Of a stretch of DNA of 64,000 bases, positions 29,143-39,500 are shown piece by piece (the first letter of the stretch is position 1; each line of letters opens with the position of its first letter). Both the position numbers and the translations under genes were made by a program. The notes beneath the pieces were generated by a model. That model was given only the letters and a program-made list of their open reading frames with translations. It was not told the origin of the DNA and ran no database searches. Origin of the DNA: the human T2T-CHM13v2.0 reference genome, Homo sapiens; NCBI RefSeq assembly GCF_009914755.1, contig NC_060928.1; one strand, given 5' to 3'.

Positions 29143-29439
29143 CCAAGGTTCTCAAAATTTTGGTCTCAAGATCCTTAACACTTAAATAAATTTTGAGAAT
29201 TCTGAAGCACTTTTGTTTATGCTAGTACTATATACCAATATATATGCCAAATAAGATATTTTAAAAAGAAAATATTTAAATTCATTTAAGAGTACAAGAA
29301 TATTTTCATAAAAATATTTTTTAAATATAAAATGAATGAGAAGAGTGGCATTGCTTTACATTTTTGAAAATCACTATAAGTTTGACAATGGAATACAGCT
29401 AGAAAAATTTTATATTTGCTTCCATATTTAGTCTGTTGC
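29143..29439 (-). mobile_element. Charlie1a hAT transposon, 3' end
   Basis: ggttctcaaaattttggtctcaagatcc...cttttgtttatg...tgagaagagtggcattgctttacatttttg matches the reverse complement of the Charlie1a 3' terminus. Confidence 0.8.
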
Positions 29440-31505
29440 TATATTAGTTTATTTTCACACTGCTAATAAGACATAACTGAGACTGGGCAATTTACAAAAA
29501 AAAAGAGGTTTAATTGGACTCACAATTCCACATGGCTGGGGAGGCCTCACAATTATGGCAGAAAGCAAAGAGGAGCAAGTCACATCTTACATGGATGGCA
29601 GCAGGAAAAATAGAGAGCTTGTGCAGGGCAATTCCCATTTTTAAAACCATCAGGTCTTGTGAGGCCCATTCACTATCAGGAGAACATCATGGGAAAGACC
29701 AGCTCCCATTATTCAATCATCTCCCATCAGGTCCTTCCCACAACATGTGGGAATTATGGGAGCTACAAGATGAGATTTGGGTGGGGACACAGCCAAACCA
29801 TATTATTACACCTCTGGCCCCTCCCAAATCTCATATCGTCATGCTTCAAAACCAACTGTGCCTTCTCAACAGTCCCCCAAAGTCTCAACTCATTTCAGCA
29901 TTAATTCAAAAGTCCATAGTCCAAAGTCTCATCCAAGACAAGGCAAATCTCTTACACCTATGAGCCTGTAAAATCAAAAGCAAGTTAGTTACATCCTAGA
30001 TACAATGGGGGTACAGGCATTTGGTAAATACTGCCATTCCACATGGGAGAAATTGGCCAAAACAAAGGGGCTACGGCTCCCATGCAAGTCCAAAATCCAG
30101 CAGGGCAGTCAAATCTGAAAGCTCCAAAATGATCTCTTTTGACTCCATGTCTCGCATCAAGGTAATGCTGATGCAAGAATTGGGTTCCCAAAGTCTAGAA
30201 CAGCTCCACCCCTATGGCTCTGCACTGTACAGCCTCCCTCCCAGCTGCTTTCATGGGGTAGTGTTGAGTTTCTGCAGCTTTTCCAGGCATGTGGTGCAAG
30301 CTGTCAGTGGATCTCCTTTTCTAGGCTCTGGAGGATGGTGGTCCTCTTCTCACAGCTCCACTAGGCAGTGCCCCAGTATGGACTCTGTGTGAGGGCCCCA
30401 ATTCTACATTTTCCTTCTGTACTGCCATAGCAGATGTTCCCCATGAGGAAATCACCCCTACTGCAAACTTCTGCCCGGGCTTCCAGGCATTTCTATACAT
30501 CTTCTAAAGTCTAGGCAAAGGTTCCCAAACCTCAAATCTTGAATTCTGTGCACTCTCAGTCTCAACAGCACATGGAAGCTGCCAAGGCTTAAGGTTTGCA
30601 CCCTGTGAAGCCATGGCCCAAGGTCTACACTGGCCCCTTTCAGACAAGGCTGGAACAACTGGGATGAAGGACACCAAGTCTCTAGGTTGCACTCAGCATG
30701 GAGAACCTTGGCTTGGCCCATGAAACCACTTTTTTCTCCTCGACCTCCAGGCCTGTGATGGGAGGGGCTGCCACCAAAGTCTCTGACATTCCCTGGAGAC
30801 GTTTTCTTTACTGTCTTGGGGATTAAGATTTGGCTCGTCATTACTGATGCAAATTTCTGTCGCCAGCTTGAGTTTCTTTTCAGAAAGCGAGGTTTTCTTT
30901 CCTATTGCACCATCATGCTGCAAATTTTCTGAACTTTTATGCTCTGTTTCCCTTTTAAAACAGAATGCCTTTGAAAGCACCAAGTCACCTCTTGAATTCT
31001 TTGCTGCTTAGAAATTTCTTCCACCAGATATCCTCAATCATCTCTCTCAAGTTAAAAGTTCCACAAGTCTCTAGGGCAGAAGCAAAATGCTGCCAGTCTT
31101 TTTGCTAAAACATAACAAGAGTCACCTTTCATCCAGTTCCCAGTGAGTTCCTCCTTTCCACCTGAGACCACCTCAGCTTGGAATTTATTGTCCATATAGC
31201 TATCAGCATTTTAGGCAAAGCCATTCAACAAGTTCCTAGGAAGTTCTAAACTTTCCCACATTTTCCTGTCTTCTTCTGAGCCCTCCAAACTCTTCCAATT
31301 TCTACATGTTACCCAGTTCCAAAGTAGTTTCCACATTTTTGGGTATCTTTTCAGCAATGCCCCACTCTACTGGTACCAATTTACTTTATTAGTCTTTTCA
31401 TGCTGCTGATAAATATATACCTAAGACTGGGTAATTTACAAGAGAAAGGGGTTTAATTGGACTCAGTGTTCCACATGGCTGAGGAGGCCTTGCAATCATG
31501 GTGGA
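29440..31505 (-). mobile_element. THE1 (THE1B-like) MaLR: 3'LTR 29440-29805, internal 29806-31384, 5'LTR truncated at 31505
   Basis: Antisense LTR-int-LTR. The right LTR stops abruptly after about 120 bp at caatcatggtgga. Confidence 0.96.
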
Positions 31506-31559
31506 CCATTGTCAGACTCTCAGTTAATCTTTCCTAGATGTAGACAAGGAAAGGCCTTG

Positions 31560-32489
31560 TCCACTTCCCACCCACCCACCCAGGGCTGGAATGTATTATA
31601 TATTTAAATATATTTCTTGGTTTATTCACTAGAACTGACTATAGGTTTCTTGGTCTAGAATTCTAACAATATTCAGCATTCTTTTACTAAGTACCTTCTG
31701 CCATTAATATACTATTAATACAAGCCAAAACATTGAGGACCTATAGGAATAAAAAGGAGAAAAGCAGATCATCTATTAAGGTTTCTTAAAATAAGAAATT
31801 AGAAGTGTATATAAATACATATATTAATGATAGTGTAGATGGTTGAGGATACTTGTTTCTGATGTCTTTTTATCTCTTTCATCAATTGTCATCATTCTCT
31901 TCTTTAAATTTTCTAAAATAATGTTCTTAAATTTCTCAATATTTAACATTTTATACATTCATGGAGTTAATTGCAAGAGAAAGATAGTGTCATATTGTGA
32001 TTAATCATAAAAAAAGTATATTTGGTCTTTGTACAGTTTCCTGGCACACAACTCCTAAAACTCTTGTGATAAGCATCTTTGTGTATGCTAATAAATGTGC
32101 GTTTCTGGATAGCCTCAGGATGAGGACTCATTGCCAGGGGAACCAGCCATATGATCAGAGGGTTGGAATTTCAGGCCCAGCCTCTGACCTCTAGGGAAGA
32201 GAGAAGGACAAGGAGCTAGAGGTTGTGTTAATCCCCAATGTCCAATAATTTAATCAATCACCACTATATAATAAAGTCTCCATAAAAAGCCAAAAGGACA
32301 GGGTTCAGAGTGATTCTGGGTTGGTGAACATATGAAGGTGCTAGGAGCATTGTTCTTGCATAATGTGTGGAAGCTCTTTGCCTCTTCTTTCCTTTTTTTG
32401 CTCTATGCATCACTTCCATCTGACTGTCCCTCAGTTTCATGTGTTTATAATAAACTAGTGATCTTGTAAGTAAAGTGTTTTCCTGAATT
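31560..32489 (+). repeat. Inverted repeat arm A (930 bp)
   Basis: Reverse complement of 34696-35628, aligned by eye end to end. ORFs 31997+ and 34939- give near-identical peptides. Confidence 0.98.
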
Positions 32490-32862
32490 TTATGAGCTAT
32501 TCTGGCAAACGATCAAACCCAAGTTGGTATTTGTGAAAACCTCCAATTTATAGTTGCTCAGTCTTAAGCATGGGTGACAACCTGAACTTGGGAATGGTAT
32601 TTGCAGTGGGATGGGGCAGCAGTTCTGTGGAACTGAGTCCTTAGCCTATGGGACCTACCATTATCTAACAATGAATAGTATCTGAATTAAGTTTAATCAA
32701 AGGACACTCAGGTGACATCTGTGGAAAATTGGAGAACTGAGTTGTGGGAAAGATACCCATACAGCGGAGAGATACCCATGACACTCAGAGACGTGTCATG
32801 GAAGTATTGGATGTATAATAAGAAAAACAGAGTTTTTTTTTTTTTTTTCTTTAGTTGGTGTC
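31988..32862 (+). mobile_element. MER21-type LTR (MER21B/C-like)
   Basis: tgtcatattgtga...tatatttggtcttt...tttcctggcacacaactcctaaaa start. It continues across the inner end of arm A to ttggtgtcag. Confidence 0.8.
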
Positions 32863-32921
32863 AGTTTAAGTAAAAGCAGTTATTTTTTTGGTTACTTTTA
32901 AAAATAAAATTGCAGATGGTC

Positions 32922-33543
32922 CAATAGTTCTCCATGTGTGTGGTCCAAAAGGTCTAAACTATTGTCATAATAATAGTAAAACTCATTTTATTTTTCACTC
33001 TGTGATAGTTGCACTGATGGTACAAAGGCAATGGTGAGTAAAGCTGCTGGTGTTTTATTACGGTAGCATTCCACTGTACAAGTGTTTATTTTAGTCTTTG
33101 CTGCCACAAATGCACAGAAAATATAGTGCTATTTTCACTTAAAAGTGTTCTTGAAGAAAAAAATTACTAAATATCAACCCCTGAGTACGTGACTTTGTAA
33201 AATAGTCTCTGTGAGAAAATGGTAAAAACAACAACCAAAAACCCCACAACTTTTCTACTGCCTACCAATCAATAATTTTTACACTATCTCTCAGAAAACC
33301 ACTTAAGTACATGCTTCAGTTGTGAGTCACATTAGCTTTTTCAATGTAACAACATATTTAATGAAACTGATTAACAGATAAACACTGGCTATTTACAATT
33401 CGATTATTTGGCAGACGTTTTCTTGAAAATAAACAAGGAAAACCTTTCATGATGAGAAAAATGGCTGACATTATTATTGCCAATTAAAAATTCAAGTGTG
33501 TAAGCAAAAATTATAAGATCGTAAAACCTGTATCTGCCCCTCA
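32922..33543 (+). mobile_element. Charlie1a hAT transposon, 5' part (short pieces resume at ~34132-34187 and ~34658-34695)
   Basis: tgtggtcc...aaactattgtcataataat...ttgcactgatggtacaaaggcaatggtgagtaaagctgctgg matches the Charlie1a 5' end. Confidence 0.8.
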
Positions 33544-34131
33544 TGTATTAGTCAGGGCTCTCCAGAGGGAGAGAACCAATAGAATATATGTGTACATATA
33601 TATATATATAAAATGAATTTATTAAGGAGAATTGGCTCACATGATCACTAGGTGAAGTCCCACAGTAGTTGGTCTGCAAACTAGGAAAAAGAGAAGCCAG
33701 TAATGGCTCAGTCTGAGTCTGAAAGGTTGAAAACCAGGGAAGCCAGCAGTGCAGCCTTCAGTCTGTAGTTAAAGGCCTGAGATCCCCTGACAAACCACTG
33801 GTGTAAGTCTCAAAACCCAAAGGCTGAAGAATCTGGAGTCTGATGTCCAGGGGCAAAATAAGCAGAAAGAAACAAACAGCACAGAAAAAGGAGGAAGTCA
33901 GAAGGCCCCACAAGCAAAGTTATCCCTCTATCGTCCACCTGCTTTTTTCTAGGCATGCTGGCATGGATGGTGCCCACCCACGTTGAAGGCGGTCTTCCTT
34001 TCCCACTCCACTGACTCAAACGTCAGTCTTCTCTGGCAATACCCTCATAGACACACCCATAAACAATACTTTACCAGCCACCTAGACATCATTCAACCCA
34101 ATCAAATTGACATCTAATATTAACCATCACA
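33544..34131 (-). mobile_element. MLT2 solo LTR (HERV-L; MLT2A2-like)
   Basis: tgtattagtcagggctctccagagg...(TA)n...caaattgacatctaatattaaccatcaca. Confidence 0.92.
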
Positions 34132-34187
34132 CACCATATGCTTCATACTTTTTCAACATATAAAGAGTTTACTGATAAGTTTGGTCA

Positions 34188-34657
34188 TGAGAAGAAAATA
34201 GGTTTTAATTTGAAGTATGCAAATTCCTTTAAATATCAGATCCAGGGAGGCATTTAAAATGTGACAGCACTCATGCATCACTCCCACCTTGAGCTAAGTA
34301 ATTACTTCTTGAAGACACTTGCTATATGAGTGTATATTAGATTAACAGATGCCAAGTAACCATAAAATGCCATGTATGCTGGACATCATAACTCATATCC
34401 TATAGTTTAAAAATACATAGCCAATCATTAATCAATGTTATCTCTACAAACCAATGAGAATTCCTGTCAAACAACCTTGTATCAGCCCACTCCTGGTTTC
34501 CTTTTGCCTGTAAAAACCAGCTTGTAACAAAGGCTGAATGGAGAACTCCCCCAGGCAACATGGAAATGTGTCCTTTCTGGGCAGCTGTTCTCATTTTGGC
34601 TGATGTAAACACTTTAAAATTATATTTTCTGCCTCAACTTCTTCCATTAGGTCAACA
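34188..34657 (+). mobile_element. Solo LTR (LTR47-like)
   Basis: TG...CA ends (tgagaagaaaa / taggtcaaca); cctttaaatatcag, ttgagctaagtaattac, CCAAT boxes. Confidence 0.7.
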
Positions 34658-34695
34658 TTTCTAGTAGGAATAGATATGATTACTTCATGTTATAT

Positions 34696-35628
34696 AATTC
34701 AGGAAAACACTTTAGTTACAAGATCACTAATTTATTATAAACACATGAAACTGAGGGACAGTCAGAAGCAAGTGATGCATAGGGCAAAAAACTGAAAGAA
34801 GAGGCAAAGAGCTTCCACATATTATCCAAGAACAGTGTTCTCCCGGCACCTTCATAAGTTCACCAACCCAGAATCACTCTGAACCCTGTCCTTTTGGCTT
34901 TTTATGGAGACTTTATTATATAGTGGTGATTGATTAAATTATTGGACATTGGGGATTAACACAACCTCTAGCTCCTTGTCCTTCTCTCTTCCCTGGAGGT
35001 CAGAGGCTGGGCCTGAAATTCCAACCCTCTGATCATATGGCTGGTTCCCCTGGCAATGAGTCCTCATCCTGAGGCTATCCAGAAACGCACATTCATTAGC
35101 ATTCACAAAGATGCTTATCACAAGAGTTTTAGGAGTTGTGTGCCAGGAAACTGTACAAAGACCAAATATACCTTTTTTTATGATTAATCACAATATGACA
35201 CTATCTTTCTCTTGCAATTAACTCCATGAATGTATAAAATGTTAAATATTGAGAAATTTAAGAACATTATTTTAGAAAATTTAAAGAAGAGAATGATGAC
35301 AATTGATGAAAGAGATAAAAAGACATCAGAAACAAGTATCCTCAACCATCTATACTATCATTAATATATGTATTTATATACACTTCTATTTTCTTATTTT
35401 AAGAAACCTTAATAGATGATCTGCTTTTCTCCTTTTTAATCCTATAGGTCCTCAATGTTTTGGCTTGTATTAATAGTGTATTAATGGCAGAAGGTACTTA
35501 GTAAAAGAATGCTGAATATTGTTAGAATTCTAGACCAAGAAACCTATAGTCAGTTCTAGTGAATAAACCAAGAAATATATTTAAATATATAATACATTCC
35601 AGCCCTGGGTGGGTGGGTGGGAAGTGGA
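34696..35628 (-). repeat. Inverted repeat arm B (933 bp), including a 5' MER21 copy cut at 34696
   Basis: Reverse complement of 31560-32489. Confidence 0.98.
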
Positions 35629-35780
35629 GAGCAGGAGTTGATATGAGTTAAACCATAACATATTGTTAACAAACTTACAGAAGATAGTGCCAAGCATAGT
35701 GGGGGAGTTTGCCTGTTAAGACAAATAATAAAAATAACTCTTTATCTGTACTAGATAAGCATAAATAAAAATGATGCAAA

Positions 35781-36117
35781 TGCACGAAATAAAAGTATTT
35801 CACCCAAAATATACCTCTTTAACATTTTGAGATGAGTGTTCAGAGAGCCAGCAAACAGAAGTACCCCTGCAAAGCTGTCTTTTGTGGGGGAGATTTGCAT
35901 CTATAGAGAAAATCTGCATTGATGCAGTCAGGCTTTCTCCCAGGCCTTTCCTTGTCTGCATCTAGGAAAGATTAACTGAGAGTCTGACAACTTTAAAGGT
36001 CTGAAAGAAATGCTTACCCTCTATTCTCTCTGAGAGCTGTTACCTATGAGATTTTATCTACACAACAGGCCACCTTTCCTTGTCAAGCCTATTCCTTTCC
36101 CCCTCCTGTTTTGTCAC
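35781..36117 (+). mobile_element. ERV1 MER4-group LTR, 5' half (LTR49-like)
   Basis: tatttcacccaaaatatac...ccctgcaaagctgtcttttgtgggggagatttgcatct. Confidence 0.75.
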
Positions 36118-36589
36118 TGCAAAACAAAAAGTATCTGAGACAGCTCTCAATCAATTTATAGGTTTATTTTGCCAAGGTTAAGGATCATGGCCTATGACAC
36201 AGGCTCAGAAGATCCTAAGACTATGTGCCTAAGATGGTTGGGTTGCAGCTTGGTTTTATACATTTTAGAGAGAAAGAAGCTAAGGCAAAAATATAAATTA
36301 GTACATGTAAGGTATACATTGGTTAGGACCAGAAAATGGAATATCTTGGAACAGGGGGCTTCCTTGTTATAGGTAAATTCAAAGATTTGCTGATTGGCAA
36401 TTGGTTGAAAGAGTTAAGCTCTGCATGAAGAGTTAAAGTCAGCTTGAGTTAATATAAGAGGGGCTATGGAAGCCATGGCTCTTGTGATGTAGATGGAGCC
36501 TTCAGGTAGCAAGTTTCAGAGAGAATAGATGGTAAATGTCTGTTATTGGGCCTTAAAAGCGTCAGTCTCTCCAGAAAAGATCTAGTAAG
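36118..36589 (-). mobile_element. MER4 (D/E-like) LTR, left piece
   Basis: aaaaagtatctgagacagctctcaatcaattt...tttattttgccaaggttaagga is the antisense MER4 3' end. Confidence 0.88.
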
Positions 36590-39500
36590 TGAGAACATCA
36601 GAGGAATCCAAATGCCTAGGCAGATAGGGGAGGGTCCATGGTGAAATCCCACCTTCAAGCCAAAAACAGCCTGAAGGCTAAAAGTCCAGACTGCTGGTAC
36701 CAGATGAAATCCACTACCCACAGTGAAAACTTCTGTTCCTGTTTGCCTGCCCTTTCTTAATTGATTCTTTCTCAATAATGCCTTTTAACCAATCAAATGT
36801 TGCCTTTGTCAATACTACCTATGGCCTGCCCCTCCCCTATTCTGAGCCCTGGACCCAGCTACGTGAGGAGGAGAGAACCACCCAACTGCAGGGGCCCACA
36901 CCCTGCATCCCCCTCTCCACTGAGATCTTATTGTCTGCTCTCCTTACTCTTCAATGTTCAGTATATTCTTATCCTTCTTGGGCATAGCACAAGAGCTCAG
37001 GAACTGCTGAACGTGGGTACAAGATATAAGACAGGCAAGTGAGGGCATGCCAGTGTGGCTGAGTGGGACCTCGGCAGGGCATCACCAACTGGAGATCCCC
37101 AGCTTGCAAAGTCACCGAAAAGAAAATCTTGCATCATTTTGCCGGCTCCTGTGGGATACCTGAAGGGTGAGCGAATGCAGACCTAAAATCTTCACTTATT
37201 TCCGAGGCTTCTTGTCCTCAGACATTTTTCTGAAGGCAGATGAAGCACTGGACCTCTGATTAGCTAGTTAAGAGCAATGGCACAGCTACAGTCCTTTGGA
37301 CCCCACCTCCCCATCTCTCTCGGGGGCTGGGAATGTCGACCTCCTTCCAATCCAGTTTTTTCTATGGCATTTTTTCTTCCTTTTTTTCAGGGCTGTCATG
37401 GCCCTTATCCCTTCTTTTACAATGTTAGGAGTGTTGTTGCCAACTACAGAGATATTACTGGGTGAAATGAACATTCATCCCAGCCATCAGATATGCAATT
37501 CAGAACAATGTGGTTTCTGTCTATTCTTAGAGGCAAAGAGGAAGCAGAGATTAAAAGTTTCTCTCTCAGTTGGAGGAACCCAGTTGCATAGAGCAAGAGG
37601 CTTTTTCTTTCAGGCACCTTCACCACCCTGCACTTAAGCTGGCTTTTTATTGTCTTTTCTCCACCATGTCAAGAGTTAACACTGCCCTATGAATACAGGG
37701 AGCTTTTCTATGCAAAAGGTGTTTTCTGTTTGTTTGTTAATTTTTATTGATTTCTATTTATTTATTTACTTATTTAACCTTTTGAAAGGCATATTACTAG
37801 GCCAGGACCCCAATTCTCCCTTCCCCTTGTTTGAGGAGGATCCAGTTCCACAGCTTTATCTTAGCATTGGACTTAATGATAAGGAAGAAGTGAAGGAGCA
37901 GCCCCGCCAGCTGCTGGCTGCAGTCTGGTGAGGGACACCTGACATTTAATTTAATGAGTCCATAAACCCTCCTGAAGCACCTTCTTGCCCCAAACTTAAT
38001 TCCAAGCTTCAGGTTGAAGTCCTAGAAAGGGAAACTAGATCTGAGGGATCCAAAGGCAGGCACAATGGAAGTCAAGGGGCACTGCACAGGTGAGCATGAC
38101 TAATTTCTGCTGATTAGTCCCCCTGCCCTGACATTTTATGAGTAGATGTCATGCTAGCATCCATGGCATAGATGAGGTTACTGACAGCAGGGAGCATAGG
38201 CCAGCACATAGGTGTGTGTGAATATTTTCTACCCTCTATGCCTCCCCATTAACATGGGTGAAACCCAAGCCAGATTGTCACCCATGGGCTGTACCTTGCT
38301 GAGGTTGCTGGGACCTGGGCCTATAAAGACAGAAAAAAGAAAGGGATTGCCTTATCTTTTTCTTCCTCATGTACCTCGGGTATTTACTGGGAGGAAAAAA
38401 GAACTAGGAGATGGCTTTTTCCCCTCTTTCTGGATGGGTAATTGGCCATCTTCTATCTGTACTTCTCTTGCATATATCCTGAATCACTGGAACCCTTTGG
38501 AAATCAAATCAAAACAAAACAAAACAAAACAAAAACACCTACTTTTTTATTTTCCTCCTATGTCTTATCTTCGTAGATGGATAATTGTGTCCCAGTACCA
38601 CAGGACACTACCCTCAGAAGCATCCCTCAAACTGGGAAATTTAATTTTCCCACACCTTAAACTCTGGCTTAAAATGTACTGGGAAGAAATTACAGATCTA
38701 ACTGAGAAAATTTCTTGAGGGCAGACAACTTTTACAGTATGAAAAAAACCTCTTTCTCTGCTTCCTTTTCACAGGACTCCAGGGTAGATAAGACTCCATA
38801 TCTCGGGACAAGGGAACCCAGAAGCCTGACATGCTGGAAAAGGTTAAAAGTTTTTTGTTGTTGTTGTTTTGTTTTGTTTTTGTTTTTGTTTTACCAGACT
38901 TCTGAACTCTCTCTCTCCCTATGCAAACTAGTAAAAGGAATGGTAATGATGACTATTTATATCCTCTCTAAAGTTTCGATTAATGGAATAAAGGATTTGT
39001 GAGGCTAGTCTTAAGCTGTAGTGGATCTGTTGTACTTTTTGCTAATATTTGTCTTTCTGTATCTTTCTATCAAAAAGATCATTCCCTCAGGATAGAATGT
39101 GGGCTTAGGACCCCATAAGCCCACTGTTCAAGCCAGATCAGCAAACCGTCAGTAACAAACTTTGCTACAAATCTCCATCTTGTTTTACATTCTTGGGAGT
39201 TTGACCTTGTAACCATGTGGCAATACTTTCTTTTGGTTTCTGCCATTTTACAATGATGGCCCAGGTTCAATCCTGGCTTAGGGAATGAGTACATCCTGGT
39301 TAATATCTGTGTGACTTTTGCCATTTGCTCATTCTCTTCCCCTCCGTGAACAACTTCTAGATTCCTTTCTTAAATCTTCCTTTCTCTGGGCTACATTTAA
39401 AGTTTCTAGATTTTGTAAAAACTGCTTACCACCTCTTTGAAAATAGCTTGTACACTGGCAGTTAAGTAATAACCTTAGTTGAGGTTTGTTGATTTCACCT

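Noticed and set aside
38212-38718. Longest ORF (168 aa) as a retroviral gag
   Set aside because: It lies in a decayed MER4-group internal region, starts at GTG and crosses a (CAAAA)n tract. At most there is a faint gag-like remnant, with no intact domain.
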